Positions 46,316-57,492 of a stretch of DNA of 64,000 nucleotides are shown in pieces. The position numbers and the translations under genes are program-made. The notes below the pieces were generated by a model. It did no database searches. It was not told where the DNA came from and saw only the letters and a program-made list of their open reading frames with translations. Where the stretch lies: contig DATGLT010000188.1 of assembly GCA_035294005.1 (NCBI GenBank), positions 14,154 through 78,153 of the forward strand, in the 5' to 3' direction. The DNA is from Verrucomicrobiia bacterium (GTDB lineage Bacteria > Verrucomicrobiota > Verrucomicrobiia > Limisphaerales > UBA8199). How positions within the stretch are numbered: position 1 is the first letter of the stretch; every line of letters begins with the position of its first letter.

Positions 46316-46339
46316 GTTGGAGCAACCCAGCCCTGCAGG

Positions 46340-49086
<2,747 letters not shown>

Positions 49087-49090
<4 letters not shown>

Positions 49091-49863
49091 TGTTCGGAAT
49101 AATTCCAGAGCAGCCCGCCATCGGCGAAAATCGTGGTGCCGGTAATGTAATCGGCGTCGGCGGAGGCCAGAAAGGCGACGACGCCTGCGACGTCTTCCGG
49201 CTTGCCCAACCGGCCCAGGGGAATGTTGCCCAGCAATGTTTTCAGCTTGGCCGGGTCGTGGAGAAGCTTGGAATTAATTGGCGTCTCAATCGCGCCCGGC
49301 GCGATCGAGTTGATTGTGATACCCAAGGGCGCCAGTTCGATTGCAAGGTCTCGGGTCATCATCTTCATCCCGCCTTTGCTCATGCAATAAGGCGCAAAGT
49401 GCGGGAACGGCAATTCCTCGTGCACCGAGCTCATGTTGATGATCCTTCCCGGCCGTTTGGTTTCCATTAAATGCCGCACGAAAAACTGCGTCGCAAAAAA
49501 GACCCCTTTCAGGTTCACGTTCAGGACCAGGTCATAGTCCTGCTCGCTGACCGACCAGAAATCCGCGTTTTTTTCCACCCCCGCGTTGTTGACCAGGATG
49601 TCGATCTGCCCCAGCGCTTTTATGCTCTCGGCGATGAGGCGCTGAATGTCGGCGACGCGTCCGAGGTCTGCCTGCAACGACGCCACTCTGCGACCCGCCT
49701 TGCGGATCTTTTCAACGACCTCCTCCGCGCCCTCAGGGTGGGAGTGGTAATTCACGATGATATCCGCTCCCTCCTCGGCAAGGCGCAATGCGACTGCCGC
49801 GCCAATGCCCTGGCTGCTTCCGGTTACCAACGCGACTTTGCCTGCCAATCTTGAACTGCTCAT
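49087..49863 (-). CDS. short-chain dehydrogenase/reductase, glucose 1-dehydrogenase-like
   Basis: TGSSQGIG cofactor motif, NNAG, catalytic SS...YCMSK, PGAIETP. 4-nt overlap with the upstream GH63-like gene. Confidence 0.9.
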
Positions 49864-50168
49864 GAAATCTCCCTAGATGATCCGGTCCCTCGAGAAAACA
49901 AGTTCCGCTTCTTTATGTGATAATCCGCATTGTGCTCAATCTGGACCAGGTTTGAGGAAGCGCCAGTGAAAATAAAATTTCTGAGAGCGGCCATTGAAGG
50001 CAACGTCATCGGCTGGCGTCGGCAGGGCAGGGGGAGGCGAAACAGAGCCGGGAACCAGGCTCGATCGTGTCCGGAGTTGATCTGTTTCCGGTCGACCGTG
50101 TCCCTGTTTGGCCGGAAGTTAAAAATCCGTCGAGCGTTCGCTCGAGCTAGTGTTCTGCTCGAGCCGGG

Positions 50169-50573
50169 TCACGCCTGGGAGTCACCCGGCCGCGGGGGCG
50201 CCGCGGGTTCCGCGATTCGAGCGGGGGGTACCAGGGCCGCGTCGGCTTTGGTTCTACGGATTTCTTTGGTCGGCCTGGCAGGGGCGGGGGCGGTTTTAAT
50301 CTTTTCTTTGGCGCGCTTATTGGCGGTGCTCTTGGATCGCTTTTCGCGTTCTTTGACCGCTTTAGAGGCGGCTTTGGCTTCTTTGCGGGTTTGCTTGGCA
50401 AATTTCTTGGCGGCTTTGAAGGCCTTCCGTGCGTCCTTAAACCTGGCCTTGGCCAGGCGCGCCAATCGTCGGGCGGCTTCGGCTTGTTTTTCGGCTTCCG
50501 CGGCCCGTGCTGCAAGATAAGCGGCGGTTTCCTTTGTCGGGCGGTTCTTCTTGTTGGCGGTTTTACTGTTCAT
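50169..50573 (-). CDS. Ala/Lys/Arg-rich basic protein, histone H1-like / nucleoid-associated candidate
   Basis: ATG at 50573. Sequence MNSKTANKKNRPTKETAAYLAARAAEAEKQAEAARRLARLAKARFKDARKAFKAAKKFAKQTRKEAKAASKAVKEREKRSKSTANKRAKEK..., with a Pro/Ala-rich tail. Competing ORFs on both strands are low-complexity artefacts. Confidence 0.6.
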   Translation of the reverse strand: MNSKTANKKNRPTKETAAYLAARAAEAEKQAEAARRLARLAKARFKDARKAFKAAKKFAKQTRKEAKAASKAVKEREKRSKSTANKRAKEKIKTAPAPARPTKEIRRTKADAALVPPARIAEPAAPPRPGDSQA

Positions 50574-50812
50574 GGTATGCTCGCGACTGGTTGGCGACTG
50601 GCCGACGGCGCCGGTCGTACGTCCAGGCCGGTTTTACTCGTGAAACGTTACGACACTGTGACACAGGTCCGGAAAGTGCAAGCCCCGGATTGTTACATTT
50701 TAGAGGGGGGTGCGAAATTGTGGGTGCATTGTACCGGCCCAACCCGGGTAAACATCTGATTGAGCCAATTCAGCCATCGATGAAGTTTAACGCACATCGA
50801 AAGGAGTTAATA

Positions 50813-51196
50813 ATGAAGAAATTAATCGCACTAGCGGCATTGGCAGGACTGATTGCGGTGGGCTGCGCTTCACGGGAAAACCGTGGCGGCACGTATGACA
50901 ATCAATCCGGCACCACCGGCAGCAGCAGCTCGGGTTCCATGAGTACCACCCCCAGCAGTTCCAGCAACACCGGGGTCAGTGGCAGCCTCAACAATAACAA
51001 CACCTCCGGACAGTCCGGAACCAGTTCATCCAACTCAGGAGCGGCGACAACCCCGGGCGGCACCAGCTCTTCGGGAAGCACGAGCGACCAGTCGACGCCG
51101 AATTCGAATAGCAATTCAAGCTCCAGCAACTCGAGCAATCAAAACTCCAGCTCCAACCCGAGCTCGAATGACTCGACCACTTCCGGCACAAAGTAA
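50813..51196 (+). CDS. lipoprotein with a Ser/Thr/Asn/Gly-rich low-complexity body
   Basis: AAAGGAG RBS about 7 nt upstream. MKKLIALAALAGLIAVGC is a lipobox-like signal, followed by ~105 aa that are almost entirely S/T/N/G/P. An intrinsic terminator follows. Confidence 0.75.
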   Translation: MKKLIALAALAGLIAVGCASRENRGGTYDNQSGTTGSSSSGSMSTTPSSSSNTGVSGSLNNNNTSGQSGTSSSNSGAATTPGGTSSSGSTSDQSTPNSNSNSSSSNSSNQNSSSNPSSNDSTTSGTK

Positions 51197-51259
51197 ACCG
51201 GAGTTATTGAGCTCTCTTTAAGTGCGGGTGCTCCAAGTCCTGCCGGAGAGCATTGGAAC

Positions 51260-51296
51260 GGGGTGGCGCGCAGTGGCGCCACCCCGAGGTTTTTTG
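51260..51296 (+). terminator. rho-independent terminator
   Basis: 10-bp GC-rich stem ggggtggcgc (51260-51269) pairs with gcgccacccc (51276-51285). The loop is gcagtg, followed by gaggTTTTTTgtg. Confidence 0.85.
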
Positions 51297-51365
51297 TGCT
51301 TGCCTCGCGCAAACACCAAAACCACGTAGAGGGTCCCATCGACACTGCCGGCGGCTCCTGCTACG

Positions 51366-51983
51366 ATGCCGGCCATGTCAGAAGCATCGTTAAACGTGCT
51401 CGCCGTGGTGGGCAGCTTGCAGCAAGGCTCTGTTACTCGCGTCGTCGTGCATCATGTCGCCGAGCAACTGAAGAGCGCCGGCTGCCAGGTCGATATTCTC
51501 GATTTCCTGAAGGAACCCATGGCTTTGTATAATCCCGATACCGCTCACGATCTGCCGGGCTACGCCCTGTTGCAGGCGCGGGTGGATCGCGCCGATGTCG
51601 TCTTGCTAGGCACTCCCGATTACCATGGCAGCCTCAGCGGTGCGATGAAGAATTTCCTGGATCATTTCTGGCACGAATTCGCAGGCAAACTCTTTGTCAC
51701 AATCGTCGCCTCGCATGAAAAGGGACTCACGGTTACCGACCAACTCCGAACCGTGGCGCGGCAATGCTATGCCTGGACACTGCCTTACGGAGTTTCGTTC
51801 ACCGAAGACGTCGATGTGAAAGAGGGTCGAATCGTCAGTGAATCTTTAAAGAAACGGCTCGAGATGCTGGTGCGCGACTGCAGGGTGTATGGCGCGCTGC
51901 TGGCGCGTCAACGACAGTTGGACCTTGAAGGCAGCGAACCGGGTTATATGGCGCGCCACCGCAAGAAACAGGCAATCGGCTGA
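51366..51983 (+). CDS. NAD(P)H-dependent FMN reductase family oxidoreductase
   Basis: LNVLAVVGSLQQGSVTR...VVLLGTPDYHGSLSGAMKNFLDHF, typical of the flavodoxin-like FMN reductase family. Confidence 0.85.
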   Translation: MPAMSEASLNVLAVVGSLQQGSVTRVVVHHVAEQLKSAGCQVDILDFLKEPMALYNPDTAHDLPGYALLQARVDRADVVLLGTPDYHGSLSGAMKNFLDHFWHEFAGKLFVTIVASHEKGLTVTDQLRTVARQCYAWTLPYGVSFTEDVDVKEGRIVSESLKKRLEMLVRDCRVYGALLARQRQLDLEGSEPGYMARHRKKQAIG

Positions 51984-52052
51984 GGCGAGGCTTACTCCAG
52001 GTATTTTGCGCTTTTCTTCGCTTCGTCACCTGCGCGGTCGCCAGGTGCGAGG

Positions 52053-52373
52053 TTAGTAGCCGAGTTCGGCTTTGCGCGCCTCCGCTGTGGGCAGCGGGTC
52101 TTTCTTCTTCACGATCGCGTCCTGGCCGGAGTCTTTTATCCGGCGCGCTTCCGCTCCGTTGAACTCGATCGATGATTGGAAATCCGCCGGGACATCCGCT
52201 TCGGCATAGATCGCCTCAACGGGGCATTCCGCCACGCAAGCCGTGCAGTCAATGCAGTCCTCGGGATGAATGACGACCTGGTTGTCCATTTCGTAAAAAC
52301 AAGCCACCGGGCAAACCTCGACGCAGTCGGTGAACTTGCAGTTCTGACACTTGTTAGTGACGACGTGGGCCAT
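52053..52373 (-). CDS. fdxA: 7Fe ferredoxin ([3Fe-4S][4Fe-4S], FdxA type)
   Basis: [56 protein letters not shown] shows the characteristic Cys spacing and is 106 aa long. Confidence 0.93.
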   Translation of the reverse strand: MAHVVTNKCQNCKFTDCVEVCPVACFYEMDNQVVIHPEDCIDCTACVAECPVEAIYAEADVPADFQSSIEFNGAEARRIKDSGQDAIVKKKDPLPTAEARKAELGY

Positions 52374-52607
52374 AATGCGGATAGCTTTATGGGTTGGGCG
52401 GCATTTTGCAACCGGAACTTATTTTCTTAATAAGATTTAACCCGCGTGGTGCCGCCCGCCAGGGGAACCTCTGTTTGCAACCGTCTTCGCAGTTCGTCAC
52501 CGCGCCTCGCTTGCGGCCCGGCCGGGGTTTCGGGCCGTGTCCTCTTGCGGTTCTCGCGCGAAAGCAGTTGCCCCGCCGGTCGTGCATCGATTATTGATTC
52601 GAGCGAA

Positions 52608-54908
52608 ATGCCCGGTCCCCCAGGCCAGCCAAAAGACACGTCCAGCCCTGCGTCCTCCGTTCAGGCGCAAGCCGAGCCTCCCGAATTGACGGTCCGGGCG
52701 TTGGTGGTGGGCACCGTGCTGGGCCTCATCTTTGGGGCCTCCTCTCTTTACCTGGTCTTGAAAGTTGGGCTGACGGTCAGCGCTTCCATCCCCGTGGCCG
52801 TGATCTCGCTGACGCTCTTTAGGCTTTGGTCCAAGGTAGGAGGCCGGGATGCCACGATTCTCGAGAACAACATTGTTCAAACGGCCGGTTCAGCCGGCGA
52901 ATCGATCGCTTTCGGACTGGGCGCGACCATGCCCGCGATCCTGATCCTGGGATTCGACCTGGAAATCAGCAGGGTCATGCTGGTTGGGCTGCTGGGCGCA
53001 TTGCTGGGCATTCTGATGATGATTCCGCTCCGGCGTGCTCTGATCGTGGCCCAGCACGGGACGCTTAAGTATCCGGAAGGGACCGCTTGCGCGGAGGTGC
53101 TCAAGGCGGGCGCTGCCATGGCCCCCACGGAAGCCGCCGATTCAAGGGCTGCGGCCGGCGGGATTGCCTCGGCGTCGCAGGGGTTGAATGCCGCGACCAT
53201 CTTCGGCGGGTTTGGCGTCGGGTTGTTATACAACACCTTGATGAAGGCTCTCAAGCTGTGGAAGGACACGCCCGAGAAGCTCTTCGGCCCGCCTCTGGCC
53301 GGGGGATCCATCTCGATTGAGATCACGCCCGAACTGCTGGGGGTCGGATATGTGATCGGCCCAAAAATCGGGTGCATCATGATGGCCGGCGGGGTTCTGA
53401 GCTACCTCGTGATCGCGCCAATGATCATGTTTTTCGGCCAAGCTCTGCCCTCGCCGCTCGCGCCGGGAACCAAGCTGATTGCAGGGATGGGGCCCGACGA
53501 GCTGCGCGGCGCGTACATTCTATATATAGGCGCCGGTTGCGTGGCCGCCGGCGGCATCATCAGCCTGGTTCGTTCGCTTCCCATCATTGTGAGCGGTTTA
53601 CGCTCGGGCCTGGCGGATTTCAAGAACGCGGCCCTTGGCCAGGCGGCCGCGTTGAGAACAGACCGCGACCTTTCGATGAAGTTCGTTGGGGCCGGGCTGA
53701 TTGCGCTGGTACTCGCTATCCTCCTTTCGCCGTCGCTCCACATGAACGTCCTGGGTGCCGCGTTGATCGTTCTCTTTGGGTTTTTGTTCGTGACGGTCTC
53801 CTCGCGGCTTACGGGTGAAATCGGCTCTTCTTCCAATCCGATCTCCGGCATGACCGTAGCCACATTGCTGTTGACCTGCCTGGCGTTTCTGATTGTCGGC
53901 CGGACCGGAAGGTCGTTCTACGTGACCGCCCTGTCGGTCGGCGGAATTGTTTGTGTTGCCGCTGCCAATGCCGGGGCCACCTCCCAGGATCTCAAAACCG
54001 GTTTCCTGGTGGGCGCCACACCGAAGTGGCAGCAAATCGCCATTATGATCGGAGCCTCCGCGAGCGCCCTGGCATTGGGTCCCATCCTGCTGGGCCTGAA
54101 CAATCGCTCGACGGTTTACGTTCCCGCCGCGCGCATCGCTCCCGGTTTGCACGCCCCGAGCAGCGCCGCACTTGGCCCTGCTGAAGGGCTCATTGGACCG
54201 CAGGCTTCGGCCGATTCCGGCCGCTACAAGTCCTGGTACAAATCCGATGAAACGGGCGGGCCCTCCGGAAAATACCTGGTCGACCAGCAAGGCGCGGCAG
54301 TCTGGTTCGTGGACCCGGGCATCAACGGCAATTTCAAAACGCGACCCGACGGAACCCAGGTTTATAAGTACGTCGCCCCTAAAGCTACTCTAATGAGCTA
54401 CATCATCAAAGGCATGCTCGACCGAAAGCTGCCCTGGGGATTGGTCCTGTTTGGGATCATGATTGCCTTCGTTCTCGAGCTTTCGGGCGTCTCGTCACTG
54501 GCCTTCGCCGTTGGTGTTTATTTGCCATTTTCCACGTCCACGCCGATTTTTGTCGGGGGCTTGATCCGCGCGTTTGTGGATTGGCGGCGGCGGCGAGACT
54601 TGCGTGACCAAAACCTCGACCAGGCCAGCCTGGAAGCCGACTCCGACCGCAGTTCAGGCGTTTTGCTGGCGAGCGGCTACATTGCCGGAGGCGCGATTGC
54701 GGGGATTGTGATTGCCTTTATCGCCGGCGGGTTTGGCAAACTCGACTCGCGCCTGACCGATTGGGCCACCGCGCGGAACCCGTTGTTCGCCGGTCCCTGG
54801 AGCGACCTGCTGTCCCTGCTCCCCTTTGTTGGGTTGTGCCTGCTTCTCTACCTGGTGGCCCGCGGCCGAGCGCTCGGCCCGATTGACGCAGGCCCACCCC
54901 AACAGTAG
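52608..54908 (+). CDS. OPT-family oligopeptide transporter
   Basis: More than 14 TM segments. The blocks LTVRALVVGTVLGLIFGASSLYLVLKVGLTVSASIPVAV and QDLKTGFLVGATP are typical of bacterial OPT proteins. The ATG at 52608 is preferred within ORF 52446-54908. Confidence 0.85.
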   Translation: MPGPPGQPKDTSSPASSVQAQAEPPELTVRALVVGTVLGLIFGASSLYLVLKVGLTVSASIPVAVISLTLFRLWSKVGGRDATILENNIVQTAGSAGESIAFGLGATMPAILILGFDLEISRVMLVGLLGALLGILMMIPLRRALIVAQHGTLKYPEGTACAEVLKAGAAMAPTEAADSRAAAGGIASASQGLNAATIFGGFGVGLLYNTLMKALKLWKDTPEKLFGPPLAGGSISIEITPELLGVGYVIGPKIGCIMMAGGVLSYLVIAPMIMFFGQALPSPLAPGTKLIAGMGPDELRGAYILYIGAGCVAAGGIISLVRSLPIIVSGLRSGLADFKNAALGQAAALRTDRDLSMKFVGAGLIALVLAILLSPSLHMNVLGAALIVLFGFLFVTVSSRLTGEIGSSSNPISGMTVATLLLTCLAFLIVGRTGRSFYVTALSVGGIVCVAAANAGATSQDLKTGFLVGATPKWQQIAIMIGASASALALGPILLGLNNRSTVYVPAARIAPGLHAPSSAALGPAEGLIGPQASADSGRYKSWYKSDETGGPSGKYLVDQQGAAVWFVDPGINGNFKTRPDGTQVYKYVAPKATLMSYIIKGMLDRKLPWGLVLFGIMIAFVLELSGVSSLAFAVGVYLPFSTSTPIFVGGLIRAFVDWRRRRDLRDQNLDQASLEADSDRSSGVLLASGYIAGGAIAGIVIAFIAGGFGKLDSRLTDWATARNPLFAGPWSDLLSLLPFVGLCLLLYLVARGRALGPIDAGPPQQ

Positions 54909-54917
54909 GCTGGATTG

Positions 54918-55934
54918 ATGGCTGATTTGAGTTCAGTGCTCGTCGAGCGTTTTCCGCTGCGCAAACCCGTGTCCCCGGAAAGAGTGGGCGAATTGTCCCG
55001 GGAGATTTTTGTCCTCAAAAAGCAACTCAATGCGGTGATTTTGGCACATAATTACCAGGTCCCTGAGATCCAGGACGTGGCCGATTTTGTAGGCGATTCG
55101 CTCGGCCTATCCCAGCAGGCGGCCCGAACCGATGCCGATGTCATCGTCTTTGCCGGAGTCCATTTCATGGCCGAGACCGCCAAGATCCTCAACCCGCAAA
55201 AAATTGTCGTTCTGCCCGACAAAGCCGCCGGTTGTTCCCTGGAGGAGAGTTGTCCGGCGGAAAAATTGGCGGAATTACAAAGGACGAATCCAAATTTTTG
55301 GACCATTGCGTATATCAACTGCAGCGCCGCAGTTAAGGCGCTGAGCGACGTGCTCTGCACCAGTGGCAACGCGGAGAAGATCGTCAGGGCCGCTCCAGCG
55401 GACAAGGACCTGTTGTTTGTTCCCGACGAAAACCTTGGGGCCTGGGTGCGGGAACAGACCGGCAGGCCCATGACGTTGTGGCGGGGCAACTGTTACGCGC
55501 ACGTTGAATTCCGTCGTGAAAACCTGCTTCGCCTCAAGCAGAAGGTCCCGGACGCCAAGGTAGTGGTCCACCCGGAGAGCTTGCGCGAGGTCCGTGAACT
55601 GGCCGACGCAATATGCTCCACTGAAAAAATGATTTCCTATTGCAAATCCAGTCCGGCCCGGCAGTTCATTATCGTGACTGAGTCGGGCATTTTGCACCGG
55701 ATGCAAAAGGAATGTCCCGGAAAACAATTCATCTGCGCCCCGGTTGCCGACGCCATGCGGGCCCCGACCGATCCGTGCCACTGCAGCGAATGCAAATACA
55801 TGAAGATGAATACGCTTGAGAAACTGCGCGACTGCATGAAGGGGCTGGCGCCCAGGATCGAGCTTCCTGAGGCCATTCTCAAACGGGCCCGGCTGCCGAT
55901 TGAACGCATGCTGGAGATTTCGGGCCGGGCCTGA
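54918..55934 (+). CDS. nadA: quinolinate synthase
   Basis: AVILAHNYQVPEIQDVADFVGDSLGLSQQAA...VFAGVHFMAETAKILNP, plus later conserved Cys residues. The ATG at 54918 follows a TTG at 54915. Confidence 0.93.
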   Translation: MADLSSVLVERFPLRKPVSPERVGELSREIFVLKKQLNAVILAHNYQVPEIQDVADFVGDSLGLSQQAARTDADVIVFAGVHFMAETAKILNPQKIVVLPDKAAGCSLEESCPAEKLAELQRTNPNFWTIAYINCSAAVKALSDVLCTSGNAEKIVRAAPADKDLLFVPDENLGAWVREQTGRPMTLWRGNCYAHVEFRRENLLRLKQKVPDAKVVVHPESLREVRELADAICSTEKMISYCKSSPARQFIIVTESGILHRMQKECPGKQFICAPVADAMRAPTDPCHCSECKYMKMNTLEKLRDCMKGLAPRIELPEAILKRARLPIERMLEISGRA

Positions 55935-56098
55935 CCAAACAAGTCGCGACACGGAACCGCGCGAAAACCTACCAGGATGGATTGGCCAAGGTCAGGCCCT
56001 CTTCCCGGTTGAATTGGCCGCCCCTCTCGTCTACTCTGGGCTTGCTTGAGGGGATAACGTCGCCTCGCCGGGAATGAACCGGAACGTCGTCGCCCCGC

Positions 56099-57481
56099 AT
56101 GAGTTTTCATATGACGCTCACTGAGAAAATCCTTGCGCGCGCTTCAGGCAAAGCGCGCGTTCAAGCCGGAGAAAACGTCTGGGTTAAAGCCGATGTGTTG
56201 ATGACCCATGACGTTTGCGGGCCCGGCACCATCGGCGTGTTTAAACGCGAGTTCGGCAAAACCGCGAAAGTCTGGGACCGCAACAAGGTGGTGATCATCC
56301 CCGACCACTACATTTTTACCGCCGACTCGAAGTCGAATCGTAACGTGGATATTCTGCGGGATTTTGTCAAAGAGCAGGGGATCACCTATTTCTACGACGT
56401 CATTGACGACCCGAACGGGCATTGGGTTTTTGACAGTTCCAAAGGTGCGCTTAAAAAGCAGTATGGGTCTCATTACGCCGGAGTCTGCCACACGGCGTTG
56501 CCCCAAAAGGGCCATACGCGGCCGGGGGAAGTTCTTTTCGGGACCGATTCGCATACGTGCATGGCGGGGGCCTTTAATGAGTTCGCCACCGGCATCGGCA
56601 ACACGGATGCCGGTTTCGTGATGGGAACCGGCAAGCTCTTGCTTAAGGTTCCCGAAACGATGCACTTCAGGCTCGAAGGCAAATTGCAGCCGGGGGTGAT
56701 GGCCAAGGACGTGATTCTTCATTGCATCGGTGAAATAGGATTCGATGGCGCGACTTACCGGGCAATGCAGTTCGATGGCCAGGGCGCATCAAGTCTCAGC
56801 ATCGACGACCGAATGACCATTGCCAACATGGCGATCGAAGCCGGGGGCAAAAACGGGATCTTTGAGTTCGACTCACAAACAAAGGCGTTCGTGGATTACC
56901 GTTGCAAACTCAACGGAACCAAGAGCAGCTACGAACCTGTCGAACGCGATTCCGACGAAAAGTTCGTATACGAACTGGTTGTGGATCTTTCGAAACTCGA
57001 GCCGACGGTGGCTTGCCACCCCGATCCCGGGCAAAGAAGGCTCGCCAAAGAACTCGGCCAGGTGAAGCTCGACCGTGCGTACATCGGCTCCTGCACCGGC
57101 GGCAAGACCAGTGATTTTCTGGAATTTGCGCGAGTGCTTCGGGGCAGGAAAGTGGCTATCGACACGTTCGGCGTGCCGGCTACGCCCGAAATTGTGCATG
57201 ATTTGCAAACCGCGCGCTGGGGAGAATCGACCGTGTGGGACATCCTGGTGGCTGCCGGCGTGCAAATGACTGAAAACGCAGGATGCGCGGCGTGTCTTGG
57301 CGGACCCGTGGACACTTTCGGCCGCATGAATTCGCCGCTCAAGTGCATCAGCGCAACCAACCGCAATTTCCCCGGACGCATGGGACACAAAGAATCCCAA
57401 GTCTTCCTCGCCTCTCCGGCGACCGTCGCGGCGAGCGCTCTGACCGGGAAAATCACTGACCCTCGAGAGTACCTGAGCTAG
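56099..57481 (+). CDS. aconitase-family dehydratase large subunit (3-isopropylmalate dehydratase / homoaconitase LeuC-HacA type)
   Basis: MTLTEKILARASGK...ADVLMTHDVCGP, DHYIFT, GTDSHT, and the GSCTGG cluster-ligand region. An alternative start is the ATG at 56111. No small-subunit gene is adjacent. Confidence 0.85.
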   Translation: MSFHMTLTEKILARASGKARVQAGENVWVKADVLMTHDVCGPGTIGVFKREFGKTAKVWDRNKVVIIPDHYIFTADSKSNRNVDILRDFVKEQGITYFYDVIDDPNGHWVFDSSKGALKKQYGSHYAGVCHTALPQKGHTRPGEVLFGTDSHTCMAGAFNEFATGIGNTDAGFVMGTGKLLLKVPETMHFRLEGKLQPGVMAKDVILHCIGEIGFDGATYRAMQFDGQGASSLSIDDRMTIANMAIEAGGKNGIFEFDSQTKAFVDYRCKLNGTKSSYEPVERDSDEKFVYELVVDLSKLEPTVACHPDPGQRRLAKELGQVKLDRAYIGSCTGGKTSDFLEFARVLRGRKVAIDTFGVPATPEIVHDLQTARWGESTVWDILVAAGVQMTENAGCAACLGGPVDTFGRMNSPLKCISATNRNFPGRMGHKESQVFLASPATVAASALTGKITDPREYLS

Positions 57482-57492
57482 CAAAGCTGTCG

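Noticed and set aside
49930-50520. 196-aa plus-strand ORF and 122-aa minus-strand ORF overlapping the H1-like gene
   Set aside because: The low-complexity GC-rich repeat DNA stays open in several frames. Only the 50169-50573 frame has an ATG, a coherent amphipathic K/A pattern and a plausible N-terminus. The strand and frame choice nevertheless remains the weakest CDS call in the window.
50900-51180. Short-period repeats that might look like an array or microsatellite
   Set aside because: They are in-frame Ser/Asn/Thr/Gly codon repeats inside the lipoprotein CDS. There is no repeat-spacer architecture, so this is not a CRISPR array.
51984-52052. Hairpin cacctg...caggtg between the convergent FMN-reductase and ferredoxin genes
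   Set aside because: The stem is short and has no adjoining T-run on either strand, so the evidence is insufficient to call a terminator.
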